From the IMG/VR virus record IMGVR_UViG_2639763152_000002: DNA of 64,000 nucleotides. One strand, 5' to 3'. This document shows, in pieces, positions 46,899 to 60,507 of the stretch; within the stretch, counting starts at the first letter, position 1, and each line of letters starts with the position of its first letter. Source of the stretch: a virus. Under the pieces are notes generated by a model that was given only the letters and a program-made list of their open reading frames with translations, was not told the DNA's origin and did not search any database. The position numbers and the translations under genes are program-made.

Positions 46899-49800
46899 TT
46901 AGTTTCCAAGATCAGCAGATTGTTCAGGTGTTTCCACTTTTGCATCCTCACCAACAACAAGATCAGTTACAATGATTGCAGCTTCTGGATCCACTACTTT
47001 TCCGTCGAACCGCTCAATACCGCGGAAATATGTCTGATCCGTAAGAAAGGCATCTCCGCCAACATCTGTAGATTTGATTTCAAATTTTGACGATCAAACA
47101 TGAAGTAGCCGCGTTTAAAGTCGCCGAAAAGAATGTGTGTTTTCTGTGTTTTATCATCCGTAAGGACTTCATCATAGATTTCAACCGGACGCCCAAATAG
47201 CAAGAAATTATCCTCATTTCTTGGATCCTCCGCTAAAATGCCGCGGCCGTTTTTGTCTTCGATATTGCTAGCGTTTCAAATGCTTCAGTATTCATCACCC
47301 AAACAGCGTTACGTCGATAACCGCGCTTAATTTGGTTTTTCACTTTTCTTAAAAACTTAATCGTAATGAGTGACGGCGCTTTAATAGACTTGAATTTGCC
47401 GCTGCTAATGATACTTCAACGTTTTTCTCTCCGCCGTCTCCATAAAAAATTCATCATTCTCTGTTACAACGGCTGATTCAGACAGCCAGTCCACGATCTC
47501 TTGAACAAAATTCACAAATGAATCATTAACAACTCACTGGAAACAGGCATGATTCCGGCGAATTTCTTGACGTTATACCAAATTTGATCAAATTCCATAT
47601 TCTTCAGTTCTTTAATCTGTTCTTTCTCCGCTGTGTTATAAAGTTTCCGGCAACGCCTTTACGACCGTATAATTTCCGGATGGCGCAGTTTTCGGAACAA
47701 CACGGATCAGATTACGAACAGAGTTTAGTTCCTGGATAGATTTCAAAATTTCTTTTGAAATATCATCCGGCACTGTATAGCCGCCATCTTTATCGCTGCC
47801 TGCAATAATGAACGGTTTTCTTTCAAAACGCGTTCCATCATGTTTCGTTCTTCTGTTTCAAGATCATGGCTGTGGCCGGTTAGCACCTTCAACCACGCTT
47901 CCCGGTATTCTTTCGTCGCTGTTAAGATATTACGATCTTCCGTCTCTTCTTCGGTTCACTTTGATTTCTGCAGAAAAGTTTCGTTCCTCGCCAATCTCCG
48001 GAAGTTCTAAACTGCGGCCCTCTGTCATTAATTCAATTTGACTCTGCAGCTCTTTGCTTCTCCAGCATGCTGCGAGCTTCTTCAGGCTCATCCTCCAAAA
48101 GGTTTGAAGCTCTTGTTTCTTTGTGTGAATTTTTGTCTAATTCACGTTCCTTTTTGTCATTGCTACTGGCATTCGGGTATCCTCCTTAGATTTGAACATA
48201 AAAAATAGACCTATAACGTAGGTCTAAAAGTTCCAATTCGATTTTTGTTTTCTATTGGCGCATCGCGCATTTCTTTAATCTGTTCACTTTTTCTAAACTG
48301 GCGTTCACCGATCACAGCCTCCGTATCGTTATAAGCAGGCGTTGTAACAAGTGATATGTCAAAAATACGCTCGATGTTATTGATTCGACGTTCATATACA
48401 TCTTCTTCATCATTATGACGCCATTCATCCGGCTCATTCTTGTTATAATTCAGTGAAAAGGCGAAGGAACACTGATTAATGACTCCGCTTCTGATATTCT
48501 CCATTAAATCTTTAGCATACGTCGTATCTGTGGGGGTAAAACGGAATTTTAGACCAATAGCATCTGTCTCTAATTCAAGCCGCCCAGCATCGCCAGAAAA
48601 CGGTGTTTCTCGCTAACGGATAATCCTGGCGGTGATTAAAAAGCGCTACTACGTTTGAAAGGTCCGTGGAAGCTAATGCATCCCGGCTGATGATTTCTTT
48701 AAACCATCCACCTAAACGCTCAGACCATTTTTCAAATTTTAAGGCGTAACCCTCAATAAAATCTCTTTTCTCTTCTCCTTCACCACAGAACGCAACTCAA
48801 TCTTCGTTGTTAGGTGGCGAACTTCCTTGCTCATGTATGTCCTCACCTCCCTTAACGGAACCTGATTTGTTCATTTGATACTCCTCCAATGAATCAAGAA
48901 TGTATAGTTAAGCGATACAAGGTGCCTATCACCGTGTTCAATTGCGTTTTTCTCTTCAAAAGCACGAATTTCATTTATATTTAATGCACTGATCCGTTCC
49001 ATAATTTCATAATACTCCGCCCTAGATTTCGCATCCACCGCGCAGCTCCGCTGTTTACGTTGATTTGATATAGAACCCATCTTTAATCTCTTCATCAGTA
49101 AAGAGTTTCGTAATAATTTCCTGTTCAAAAGAAACCAGCCACGGCTGCAGCGTGTTTTTTACGTATTCAATCGATTGGTGTTCAATATTATTGAATGTTG
49201 CCCGGTCCAGCTCATTGATTTTATGCAATGGAACTTTAAAAATAGATGCGATTTGTCCTTATTAAATTTCATAGACTCCACAAACTGAGCTTCTTGCAAC
49301 GGCATAGATATGATCATAAGAAAGACCGGCATCATAATTGCAATGTTCCGCCGGCATTTACCTTTCCCATTCATCTCTCGCCCGCTGTTTGCATCTTCGT
49401 CTATTAAATCGAACTTTTAAGATTCCCCGTGGTGTCGCATCATTTTATATAATTCGCATTAAATTTTGTGGCAGCCGATTGCGCGCCAATATGCTCCCTT
49501 ATAACTCCGATAGGACTCTTACCGTTGATCCCGTCTTCTGTCATACCCTTGAAATGCAGGATCTCATCTGCATACAATTCAACACTTTTGAATTAATGAC
49601 AGTTTCATACCACAGCATACCTGTGTTGGGTTTACATAGCTGCGTATTGGCGGGGTTTAATGGCAATAGAGCTGTTATAAAGCCATTCCGATCTGTTTTT
49701 ATATAAGAATAGGCATTCCCCCACGTACAAGCATGAGTCATCATGAGCTTTTCCAAGTAAAAGCCGTCATGTATTGATTCGGCTTAGATAAAGCAATTGG

Positions 49801-50050
49801 GCAACAGATATCCATACTGCTTATAATATTTCCTTGCTTTTTTTGAATTATGGACGGCAAGCTTCGCAATGTCATCAGACAAACATTTATACACGAAAAA
49901 ACATCCGGATGGATGAGTGCCGTTGATTCACTGACACGTTCACCGCTAGCTGTTTTTGAGCCGCCGAACATATCTAATCCAATCAGGAGGATTTGCGAGG
50001 CCCCAAGGCTCTTCATCATTTGATCTCTTAGAAAACAGCCCTTCCAAAAA
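46899..50050 (-). pseudogene. Copy 2 of capsid, protease and portal genes, heavily frameshifted (probably sequencing error)
   Basis: About 50 nt net lost relative to copy 1 across 46.9-50.2 kb, mainly homopolymer shortening. Confidence 0.8.
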
Positions 50051-50237
50051 CAATTAATCACCTCCTTCTTACTGAGCAGCAGTGCATAAAAATAAAAAAG
50101 ACACCTGTCAAAACAAGACCGATGTCTGTGTGCAAACGATATGCAGCTGCCAATATAAAAGCAGCACCTATGATAAAAAGAAAATCATTAAAAAAAGCAT
50201 CATGGCTGTCAGTATTTTCTTCACTTCTACACCACCT

Positions 50238-52453
50238 TTAGAAAGAAAATGAAGCTGACTTGATATATGCGTTTAAATCAACCTCATTATTGATTTTGAG
50301 AAGCCCGTAACATACGCATTCACAAGCGCGGCTGCCGGGTCAATCCGTTGGGTTGATTTTGATTTATCCAGCATGATGTTCTCTTGAGCATCCACTTTTG
50401 TTACAAGCGTTCCCCATTGCCCAAGTTAGAAGATCATTTTTCGGGGTGTATGATTTTTTGGACTTGACCCTTTGCTCTGAAATCTTTTGTCGGCTCTGAG
50501 AGAGTTGCCACCCCTTGGCGGATTTCAACCATTACATATCCGTCTGCCTCCATTTGCTGAGCGAACTGAGTAGCGTTATATGGATCGTATCCAATTTCCT
50601 TGATACGCCAGCCATGTTCCTTCTCCATTTTCTTAATATACGCTCTGATTATAATCGTAATCGACGACAGCACCATCTGTTGTGTTAACCAGTTCTTTTC
50701 TCCCATACATCGTAAGGGACCTTATCCGTGTTCATCCGCTCATGGAATGTATCCTCTGGCATAAAGCCGTGACTATCAACCGCAAAACTGCCGTCATCTA
50801 ACGGGAAGATGAAAGATGCGGCGGTTAAATCAATCGTTTTTGACAAGTCAATGCCGACATAACATTCTCGGTTCTTAAGCTCAGGAAATTCATCCGAACC
50901 GCAATCAGCCCAAGCTTGCATATCCATATAACCATTCTCGCGCATATTAACCCAAATGTTCATATTCTTTGTCATGAAATTTCTCATTTTCTCCGGCACA
51001 GCAAGCGCTACTTCCAATTCTCCACGTAAATAATTCAGCCCATGTTCGTTAGCTGCCACAATAGGGTTTGCTTTATCCAATTGCGCTCATCTTTAATGTC
51101 ATCGTCTTTATCTAATTCATTAATCATCACAAAATACTTTCATTTTGCTCACTTTATTGGGATCCAGTATACGTGAAACGTAATCGTATTCCACACGATA
51201 GGCGGGATTATTTAGCTCAAACCCTGCTGTCGTAATAATCATCATTAACGGTTGAGCACGAGCAGCCATACCAGAAGCGAGTACATCGTAAATCTCTGAA
51301 GTTTTATGGCGTGATATTCATCGATGATGGCCGCATTGCGGGTTGAACCCGTCCCCCGTTTTACCTGCATCTTTCGAAAGCGGCCTCTATTTTTGACTGT
51401 GTTTTGGGATGTTCAATCTTACCGTAAGCAATTCGGTATTTCTTCTCCGCTTATTCAAAAGGTCACTTTGCATAATCTGCGCTTTAATTTCGTTCCAACA
51501 GATTTTCGCCTGTTCCGTTTTTGTTGCACCTATGTAAACCTCGGACATGTATTCGTCGTTAGCCATTGCCTCATAGGATCCAACACATCCAGGCTTTGTG
51601 TTTTGTGTTTTTACGGCCAACCTGCCAATACACTTTTTAAAATCGTCGATAACCGTTATCCTTATGCACCCACCCGTACACATTGCCGAAATAAATATTT
51701 GAATAGGCTCCGCACAATATTTCACCTTGCAACGGCCCTTTCGTATGCTTGAATTGTGTCATCCAGTAAAGAAATCGACGCGCTTTCTCATCATCAAAGA
51801 CGTACGGAAATTCTCTGGTACCTTCCCGGCTGATATCATTTAAAAAGCGCTGACAAGCCCATACGTGTTTTTCACATGCGACAATCTCACCCGATATAAC
51901 GTCACGTGAGTAATCAATAAGAAATTGTTTTTATTGTCTTCATACATTACCAAACTCCTTTCCGCAGCGGTCTTTTCTCGTTCCTCCTGGGTGCGGGGTA
52001 ATAGCGAGTTTTGCTCGAGCAGATGGCGTAAGGCCGAAATCATTCGCAGCTGATTTCATTTGATCATAGTAATTCTTTTGCCGCTTCAATAACGGATGCT
52101 CTTCACCAATCAACTGAATAGGATTTCCATCCTCATCCTGTCCTCGGTATGAACCATGATCCCATCTTTTTCAATGATTTCTGAAATCGAAATATACTGA
52201 GAGTATGCATTACAATAGGCGGCCAACATGCTGATATCTGCTTCAGTGATAATCTCCACCTCAGATAACAAAGCAGCAACCCTTTTAAATTCTTTTTTCG
52301 CAATTTTATTTAACCAAGGTGGCGCTTTAATATTGTCGGAGCGCATTTTTATCTTTTTTTCATGCTCAGCACGCGCAGCCAGCTCATCCGTATTCTTTTG
52401 TTGGGATTACCTTGAATTAGTTGAAGTGTTGCAGATTTAGCAGGTCTCGGCAT
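50238..52453 (-). pseudogene. Copy 2 of terL and terS, frameshifted (probably sequencing error)
   Basis: Fragment ORFs 50434-51725 and 52110-52346 carry TerL and TerS peptides. Confidence 0.8.
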
Positions 52454-52678
52454 GTTTTCACCTCATTCCTTTCAAAAAGTACGTTTTTTTGCTTGTTTTT
52501 TTCATCAATCGTGATACGATGGAATCAATCATAAAACCAGTCATATCAAGCCCTCTCGGCAAATTCGCCGAGGGGGCTTTCTGCTGTTTCCGGAACTTTG
52601 AAAAGCGGTGTTTGTTTACAGAAGGGGGATCGCCGTTCTCCGTTCGTTTCCCTTCCAGAGATTGTTAGGGGGGGAGGG

Positions 52679-53044
52679 TCACTTGCCCTTACTGCCATGA
52701 GTCTTGTTATGACAGGCATTACACAAGCTTTCAAGGTTCTTTATGTCCAATCGTTTTGACCAATCTTGCTTTACTTCCACTATATGATGCACCATGTCAG
52801 CCGGAGTGAAGCAATGCGCTTTCAAACAATGCTGACAGAGATAATTGTCTCGCATCAAAGCAAGTTGTCTTGTTCGTTTCCATTCAGTTGATTTATAAAA
52901 ACTTGTTATTGTTTTGTTTCTTGAATGTTTGTTGTAATGTTTTGTTTCTTCTTGTTGTTGTGTCTTGTGTGCATCACAGTACCTATCCCGAGTAAGGGCA
53001 CGGCAACCACGGGCGGCACATTCCTTTAGGGGCTTGGGCGGCAT
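52679..53044 (-). CDS. HNH endonuclease, copy 2
   Basis: Protein identical to 9829-10194. Confidence 0.9.
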   Translation of the reverse strand: MPPKPLKECAARGCRALTRDRYCDAHKTQQQEETKHYNKHSRNKTITSFYKSTEWKRTRQLALMRDNYLCQHCLKAHCFTPADMVHHIVEVKQDWSKRLDIKNLESLCNACHNKTHGSKGK

Positions 53045-53332
53045 GAACTTACATCCTTATTCCTTTGTTTCGGTGTGAATGCCAAAAAGAATTGAAGTTC
53101 ATATACATTGAATCCCCAATACCCCTTCATTCTCTCCCGCCATATCTATGCCCTTACATGTCTGTATCTCTTTTCTATGCTCTCTCCATACTGTGCTATG
53201 AATCCCATCATGCAACCTCCTTACATTCCCTCTAAACCGACACCGTACTCAAGCCGTTAGCCGCCAATTGTCTCCTTGAGATTTACCGGAATCAGTTTAC
53301 AGGGAATATAAAAAGCACCCAAGCAGGGTGCC

Positions 53333-54732
53333 TATTGTTTTACCTTATTTTCAAATCATTTATACGAGTCATGAAGTAATCCAGATTCCTATCAAAATAG
53401 TGATAGTTAATCAACATTATCATTATTAACAATCCATTAATTGCCGAGAGAATTAAAGTCTTATCGTTAATATAACTAGTGTCAATGTATAACACCATTA
53501 CTATGATGGTTATGAAAGAAAGAATTAGACTTGCAAGCAATCCCCTTCTTGCATGGAGTTGCCCTAATCTATAACTATATATATCTTTAATTTTTGCCCC
53601 TATTTCTCCTTCTTCGATAATTCTTTTGTCTATCTTGAATTCTTTTCTAAAGTAACGGCGCCATCTTTTATTTTTTTTAGTATACTGGAGAAGTACAAAC
53701 CCAAAAACAAACTCACTTGATGGATAAGATGACCTAAGATTATTCCAAAAGCAGCAGCGAATGCCACAAAACCAACAAGCGGAAAATCTTCCGAGTTCAA
53801 TTTCTGAAAGAACTGATCTGGATGATTAATTGCATAGAATGCTGTTACAAAATCATATATACCCATCCCGGCATACCCCATCTAACTAAATATTTCGATT
53901 CGAAATTCATGTCCATCGCTCCTCCCACTTTATTATCGGTTAAGGAGCATTAGAAAGGAACCATTCGCAAAATTTGTCGAACGAAAGTCCTTTATAAATA
54001 GGTGGCAACCGTAAGACGAAAAAGCATCATTTTATTATAGTTGCAATTACGTTTCTTTTATAAGCCGTAATATCTTTTCTTAAGAAAAGACGATCTCTAT
54101 TCGTTGTTTTGATTGGTTTCAATGTCCCATGATCAACTAGCTGTTTAGGTTTTGACGAGTGCACCCGATGATTTCAATCGCTTCCGAGGTGGTTATGACT
54201 TCTTTATCAAAGAACTCTCTCAATTCTTCGACATCACTAAATACAAACTTATCCATCCTTTGAATTCCTCCATTTCATAATTACGTTTATAATCGTCAGC
54301 GTGAGCCAGATAACTGCTAGCACTATTGATATTATGTCCAGTACAGTCAGGTTGTTATAGTCCATACGAGCGAATTGTAAGCAGAACAAGACGAAAAATA
54401 ACAGTGTTGTTGAGTCTAATATTTTTTTCATTATCTCCGAGCATGGAATTTTAACGGTTTTGTTTAAGACCCATTAAGATGTTATAATACAAGGAGGGGA
54501 AGTAATTCCCCTCATGGGTTATTTGCGACGTTTCTTCTTGGCGGGAGAACGTCGTTTTTTTGTTTTTATCACCCTTTAGGTCTTTGATGTTCTTGATCAG
54601 TGTCGTAATCCCAACGAGAATTCCGACTAACCAAGCTGTATCCCTAAGGATGAATTCAACGATTTCCATGCTCGTTAACACCTCCTTTCGATACTTTAAT
54701 TATAACACTTATATTTACCACCGTCAATATAA
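53333..54732 (-). pseudogene. Copy 2 of the membrane moron and toxin cassette A (indels in the moron, HTH and toxin; peptide 54249-54431 intact)
   Basis: For example T7 versus T6 at ~54555 shifts the toxin tail. Confidence 0.75.
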
Positions 54733-54800
54733 AATGATAAATAATTAAAATTTTTTCACAGTTAAAACAAAAAACACCCCGAAGGGTGTCGTGGTTTAAA

Positions 54801-54980
54801 TTATTTAAATATATCGAAACTTGTTACACTTTTTAAGTTGATCAAAACAACTTTATGTTCAAGATTGATTATTAGTTGGTCTTTTTTTAGTTTATCAAGC
54901 AAATCTTCTTCTTCTTGGGCTTTGATTGAATACTCAGATGATGTACCATCTATAAAATTAAAGCGAACATCAAATTTCAT
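54801..54980 (-). CDS. 59-aa moron, copy 2
   Basis: Identical to 11957-12136 (offset 42844). Confidence 0.65.
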   Translation of the reverse strand: MKFDVRFNFIDGTSSEYSIKAQEEEDLLDKLKKDQLIINLEHKVVLINLKSVTSFDIFK

Positions 54981-55056
54981 CTTGTACCACCTTCCATCTT
55001 ATTTTCGGTTAAGGAGTATTACAAAGAAACAATTGTAAAAATTGTCGAACGAAACA

Positions 55057-55929
55057 TTAAAGGTCAGATGAAGCAACGAAATCTCGTAGTTCAGTTCTTC
55101 TATTTCTAATCGCTAAAGAAGTATGCTGAATAGCAGTAATAACTAAAGTTCTATGATCAATTCCTTTTACGTTGAATCTTTTAAGTGAGCTACTTGATAT
55201 CTTATGAAACTTACCTTCTTCATCCCAGAAATCTAGTTGCTTCACCTCAACACCAAACATATTCATAACACTTTTTGCAACAGGAGAATTTCTCAAGTCT
55301 CCATCTCCGCCTTTTCCTGGAGCTTTAAGTAAAATTTCATGCATTCCGCTCTCATCTGCATTCCAAGCCTCTATCCAAGGTCTATTTAGGCGATCTTCTG
55401 AAAAAATTGTTGCATAATCATACAGGAATCTTCTAGTACCGGGAATTTTCACCCATAAAGTACTCACTCTATATCTTTCAAATGCTTGTCTAAACGTATC
55501 CTCATTAATTTCCCTATCCGTATCTAAATAGTTAAATTCTGAATTATAGACTTCTTGAAAGGCAGCCTCCATAATTAACCCAATTCTTGTCATTGTTGTT
55601 TCTTTCTTTAGGTTGTCAGCGGGATAATCACGATTTTGCACTAGAAATCTTTTTTCACGTAAATCAAATGCCATAATCGTATTAATACATGGCTCTATAT
55701 CTGGTGCATATGAGTTATTTTCTTCATCTAATGCATTAACAATTGGATCATGTTCTTCACTGAAACAAAGAGTAATAACATGGTTTTCTTCATCAATTTC
55801 ATTGGTTATAGTATAATAATAATCTCTTTCCCCATACTTCCTTCCGTAATTCTTTAAAAACTCATACAACTCAGCTGTTTTTTCCGTCAAATCATTAGCG
55901 TAAGTCAATTGATAGACCCTAAACTCCAT
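55057..55929 (-). CDS. 290-aa moron protein, copy 2
   Basis: Identical to 12213-13085. Confidence 0.8.
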   Translation of the reverse strand: MEFRVYQLTYANDLTEKTAELYEFLKNYGRKYGERDYYYTITNEIDEENHVITLCFSEEHDPIVNALDEENNSYAPDIEPCINTIMAFDLREKRFLVQNRDYPADNLKKETTMTRIGLIMEAAFQEVYNSEFNYLDTDREINEDTFRQAFERYRVSTLWVKIPGTRRFLYDYATIFSEDRLNRPWIEAWNADESGMHEILLKAPGKGGDGDLRNSPVAKSVMNMFGVEVKQLDFWDEEGKFHKISSSSLKRFNVKGIDHRTLVITAIQHTSLAIRNRRTELRDFVASSDL

Positions 55930-56305
55930 AAAAAAACCACCTTTTTCTAAAGATGGTTAAATTATATTATATTTTTTTACTTTTTACGACATTTTCCACT
56001 TATTTTTTTTAGAATGTTATAACTTCTTCTGCGTCGATCCATGTTTCAATTCCACTTTCTAATAACACTTGAACTTCTGTCCCGTGCCTTCCTGACACAA
56101 TTCCTTTAATAACTCCAACTTGTCCATTTAAATGATCGCTGCTTGTAGAAGAAATTTCAACATTATCATTAACCGCCATTTTATCTCCCCCATTTGTAAC
56201 TATTTCAAATTTATTCATACTCATTTTAACCTCACCTTCCAATTTATTCAATGGCTTATACTGTAGTATTGTGTCAATTTTTTCTTTATATTATGTTGTA
56301 AAAAC

Positions 56306-56821
56306 TCATACTAAACAGAATAGGCTGTATTCTGCTCTATTTTTCATTTTTAAACGAGATCGCTCAATATTTTTCTGCACAGTTCCTTTTTTGATCTCCA
56401 ATAACTGTGCGATCTCTTCGAATGACATGTGTTTAACAGCATGCATCATGAATATGTCTTTTTCTCTTTCTGTGAGGACGGATAGGGCATCAGCGATTCT
56501 TTCCTTATCCCAATCACTTACCTCTCCCTCAGCTTCTTGAACGATTGCGTATTCTTCCGATAGCGCATCAATTAAGCGCGGATCAGCAAGAATCGTCCTT
56601 TGATATGCGTCTCTTCTGTCAGCACCTCGGCGGGCGCCGGGCTGTCTTCCGTTCTGAAGCCATTCAAGAGTGAATTCAATATCACTGATCATACTGCCAA
56701 TTATCTTCTTATCGTTCTTTTGTTCAGCTGTCATTTCAACTCCCGGTGTTTCCGAGAATGACCGGTACATCTTTCTTGCTTCTTTTAACGCTCTTTTATA
56801 TTCAATGATTAAATCTTGCAC
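56306..56821 (-). CDS. Xpf/YqaQ-like regulator, copy 2
   Basis: Identical to 13462-13977. Confidence 0.85.
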   Translation of the reverse strand: MQDLIIEYKRALKEARKMYRSFSETPGVEMTAEQKNDKKIIGSMISDIEFTLEWLQNGRQPGARRGADRRDAYQRTILADPRLIDALSEEYAIVQEAEGEVSDWDKERIADALSVLTEREKDIFMMHAVKHMSFEEIAQLLEIKKGTVQKNIERSRLKMKNRAEYSLFCLV

Positions 56822-57273
56822 TTTTCATCATTCCTTTAAGTCAAAATGAATATGTATCGTTCCAATTATTACTTTTTTGTTCAGCAATATATTGGCGTCT
56901 AGATACCTCTGAAACTTTTAAGTTGAAAGTTTTGACCAAGAAGGATTTCAACTCATTATAGAGTTCTTCTCTGCCGCAAAAGATATTTACAAGCTTTCCG
57001 TGTTTATAAGCGAATCCGTATTTCATCCTAAACTCCCCTTCTTCTTTCTGTGTTTAAATGGTCCGCTCTTGCCTCGTCTGAGTATTTGCTTGTTTAGGCC
57101 TTCATCGTCGCTAAAAACCTTACAGAACACTCCTAAGCGTTTTTATTAGGCTTTTTCATTACTATTTCATGCCGTCCTTTGTTCAAATAAAAAACGGACA
57201 CCAATCAGAGCACAGTAATTTGTGCAATGATCAGTGTCCGCAGGCTTTCCGTCTTGGACTATAAATTTTTTTT

Positions 57274-57948
57274 TTACTTTTTTAAAGTCTTACTATAACC
57301 AAATTTAATCATAAAGCTTATTAGGACTATAACTACTATGGCAATCGAAATATCTTTAATCATTGACAGGTTATTCTGAAAAAAACCAGATAACTTTGGA
57401 TATTTCATTATTGTCATATAACTAATTAGACAAGCTATATAAATCAATGAAGTAGTAGTCATGTTTCTTTTTATTTTATCCATTTCTTTAATTTGCTTTA
57501 TTCCTTTATCAAATGTAATTATGCCTTTGTCAGTTATAATTGGCTTAAACTCCAATTCTTCATCTTGTTTTGTTTTAATATCCCTCTTAAGATCTAATAA
57601 GTTGTTAGATATTTCGATTTTCTGATCTATAGAAAGAAAATTAGTTTCGGAAATATCTTTAATAAGAAGATCTAAAATATCATCAATGCTATACAAACTA
57701 TGTTGTTTAACTTTATTTGATTTAGCATTGGCAGCGGATAGTGACTCCAAAAGAGGTAAAGAAGGATTTTCTCCCTCTGATATAAAATCTTTCAAAGTAT
57801 TAATTATTTGATTATTAGCTCTGTTAACTCTTTTAATATAATCTTTTCTTCCAAAAAACTTTGTTAGGGAATTTACAATAAAAGTACTTACTATTGCAGT
57901 TATTAAACTAACAATCCAGGGATTCGTTATCCAATCCATTTTCAACAA
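57274..57948 (-). CDS. Membrane moron, copy 2
   Basis: Identical to 14430-15104. Confidence 0.75.
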   Translation of the reverse strand: MLKMDWITNPWIVSLITAIVSTFIVNSLTKFFGRKDYIKRVNRANNQIINTLKDFISEGENPSLPLLESLSAANAKSNKVKQHSLYSIDDILDLLIKDISETNFLSIDQKIEISNNLLDLKRDIKTKQDEELEFKPIITDKGIITFDKGIKQIKEMDKIKRNMTTTSLIYIACLISYMTIMKYPKLSGFFQNNLSMIKDISIAIVVIVLISFMIKFGYSKTLKK

Positions 57949-58394
57949 CCTTTTTAAAATAAATCATACTATATTATGAAAAAATTTCATAATATTTTCG
58001 TTTGTTCATTCAGAAAAGAAACCATCCATCCCCTTTACTTTTGGGTCACTTTGACGGATGTTATTTTTACAAATCACTGATATATTTTGCTTTTCATCCT
58101 TTCATCCCTCTATCCCAGGCAGGACAGAGATTATAAAGAACACAACCACAACTACCGTGCATATCAACCAACTATTCATTTTATCCCGTTTTGCGATGAT
58201 TGTTTCATCACCAATCATCTTTAAATCATCTGAACGCGCTACAAGGATCGGTATATATTGTTTGGGAACTTTCAAATAATCTGCTGCCTGTTCAACGGTC
58301 ATCGCTTCATCTTTCGTTGCTTTGACGACACGTTGTAATTTGACTTGTAATGGCATCAATTCAAAAACCCCTTTGCTGAATAATTACATTCGTT

Positions 58395-58598
58395 TTATTT
58401 CACCTTGAACCCTATTTCGTGATCGACTCGTGCAAAGCTGCCTTTTGAGGTTTGGATGATGGTCTTTCCGTGCTCTGGGACATCCAATACATGCGCTGTT
58501 CCTTCAGTACCATCTAAAACGATGATACGGATTTTCCCAGGCTCCATACTTTGCTGAATACTTCCTTCATGATTTTTAATTTCTTTGGGGTTGTACAC
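58395..58598 (-). CDS. XtrA/YqaO family protein, copy 2
   Basis: Identical to 15551-15754. Confidence 0.75.
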   Translation of the reverse strand: MYNPKEIKNHEGSIQQSMEPGKIRIIVLDGTEGTAHVLDVPEHGKTIIQTSKGSFARVDHEIGFKVK

Positions 58599-58895
58599 CT
58601 AGACTCCTCCTGTGCTATGATAGAAGTACCAATTCGAATCATAAGCACTGAGGCATAAGCTTCGGTGTTTTTTTATATCCTTAGTACGGATTTTCCCAGC
58701 CGCTCATTGTGAACGCCGGAGACGGCTTTAGTTCCTCTCGGTATATGATTGGATGTTTTTCGACATATGCTGCCAGTTCTTCCGGCGTCATCTTCCATTC
58801 CTTTACCGGTCCTGGTACGTAAGGATTGTTGTTGTTTTCTTGCATGTTGTTAACCTCCTGATTATTTGATTTACGATCCATAGAAAAGCTACCTG

Positions 58896-59324
58896 TCATG
58901 ACTCAATCTCAGTTATAATGACTTCCACCCGCGGCTCTTCACTGTAAAACTTACTGACCTTCAAATCGACTACCTGACTATCATCCTTGTATATCAGATG
59001 ATTTAAAGCGTCTTTGACACCTTTTACATAGTTATCGACGTCCGGCTTTGTTACAGGGCGTAAAAGTCCTTTTTCAGCGTTCTCCTTTTTCCTCTTGGAT
59101 CCGGATACAGCTTTCGGCATCGGTCTGAATACTCTGACTTCCATTGCGACAGGACCAACAATAACCTGCTTCGGTCGATGCTGAGACGCAACCAGTGCCA
59201 CATACTGCTTAAAATTTTTTGACTTTACAGGATCGTACATTCTAACCTTTCCGTTTTGAATGGATCCCCGCGGCCGTCCTTGTGCGATCGGCTCTCCATA
59301 AACAATAAACTGAATAGAACTCAA
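58896..59324 (-). CDS. rusA: RusA resolvase, copy 2
   Basis: Identical to 16052-16480. Confidence 0.92.
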   Translation of the reverse strand: MSSIQFIVYGEPIAQGRPRGSIQNGKVRMYDPVKSKNFKQYVALVASQHRPKQVIVGPVAMEVRVFRPMPKAVSGSKRKKENAEKGLLRPVTKPDVDNYVKGVKDALNHLIYKDDSQVVDLKVSKFYSEEPRVEVIITEIES

Positions 59325-59559
59325 CAGCCTTTTACCTCCCGTCAATCTGTTCCCAATGCTCGATCTGCTTTTCCTTGTAAGGTGCAGTCAGTAATATGAC
59401 TGGCAGCGCAGCAACTGCTTTAAGCACTTCTCACCAGCTCCATTTGCCTTATTTTCTCCTCCAGGACCCTAATCGCCGGTGTGAGATCCTGTCCGCCTGT
59501 CTGTTCAGCGGGGCCGAACATATAAATCCCTCCGGATCCTTGAACGTTCGTTTTTAAGC

Positions 59560-60507
59560 TCATTCCCATTCTCCTAACCTATGATTTAATTGCATTCGGT
59601 CTCCCTTGATGATTACCGTATAGTTACGGCACATCTGATGTATCCGAGATCCGAGCGCTTCGTCTATATCTAATAATGCTGCTGTATCTAATTCTGATGA
59701 AATCAGCAGTGGCTTGTGGTTCAGGTAGCGATAATTAACGACCGATTGGATCTGCTCAACCTGCCAATCCGTGGCCCGCGGTTCTCCCTTTACTGGTTTA
59801 AATAAATCGTCGATGAATAGAACGTCCGCTTTTCTCATTGCATCAAGCTTGGACTCTAGTTGATCAAAGTTGTCTCTTAAATTCCCCATCCCTTCGACGT
59901 AAGGGAAATACATGCAGTAAACAGACTTTTTCTTAATAAGGTTGTTCATGATTGCCGTTAATAGGTGCGTTTTTCCGCTGCCAGGCTGCCCAAGGAGGGC
60001 GATGCTGTTCGAACGTTCTCCTTTAACTTTTTGAAAATCCTTAAAGTATTCCATAGCGCACTCATATGCTTCTTTAATCATGTCAGGCTTGCCGTCTGTA
60101 ATGAAATTACCGAATAAAAGCATTTCAAATTCCTCGGTAATACCGCTGGCTTCCATAAGCCGGGCGATCTTTTTCCGTTTCACACACTCACATTGCTTGG
60201 AATACGTGGTTTTCCACTCCCGGGCCTGATCCGGTAAGCACACTTTTCCTGCAAGGTAATCCTCTTCCCTCACCATTTGATCAGCGTTTAGACTCTCCAT
60301 TGTTTTTTGTTCTTTTCTCAGCTGCCGTTCAGTATCTTGGTGAACCCGATAAACAATGATTCCTTTGTCCTTGCAGTCAAGGCAATCATATTCAGCCTTT
60401 TTTTCTGAGACGGCCTGTTCCGCTGAAAATTGGGCTGACCTGTCCCGTAGTTTTTTGAGAATGCCCGCCATTGCCATGTCCGTACTTTGTGTTTTGTGAG
60501 CTATCAT
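59560..60507 (-). CDS. DnaC-like helicase loader, copy 2
   Basis: Identical to 16716-17663. Confidence 0.9.
   Translation of the reverse strand: MIAHKTQSTDMAMAGILKKLRDRSAQFSAEQAVSEKKAEYDCLDCKDKGIIVYRVHQDTERQLRKEQKTMESLNADQMVREEDYLAGKVCLPDQAREWKTTYSKQCECVKRKKIARLMEASGITEEFEMLLFGNFITDGKPDMIKEAYECAMEYFKDFQKVKGERSNSIALLGQPGSGKTHLLTAIMNNLIKKKSVYCMYFPYVEGMGNLRDNFDQLESKLDAMRKADVLFIDDLFKPVKGEPRATDWQVEQIQSVVNYRYLNHKPLLISSELDTAALLDIDEALGSRIHQMCRNYTVIIKGDRMQLNHRLGEWE

Noticed and set aside
43865-54600. Apparent mass pseudogenisation of head, packaging and tail genes (a domesticated prophage)
   Set aside because: Differences from copy 1 are mainly 1-nt homopolymer indels concentrated in one stretch, and flanking DNA matches. 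This is the signature of long-read error rather than evolutionary decay.
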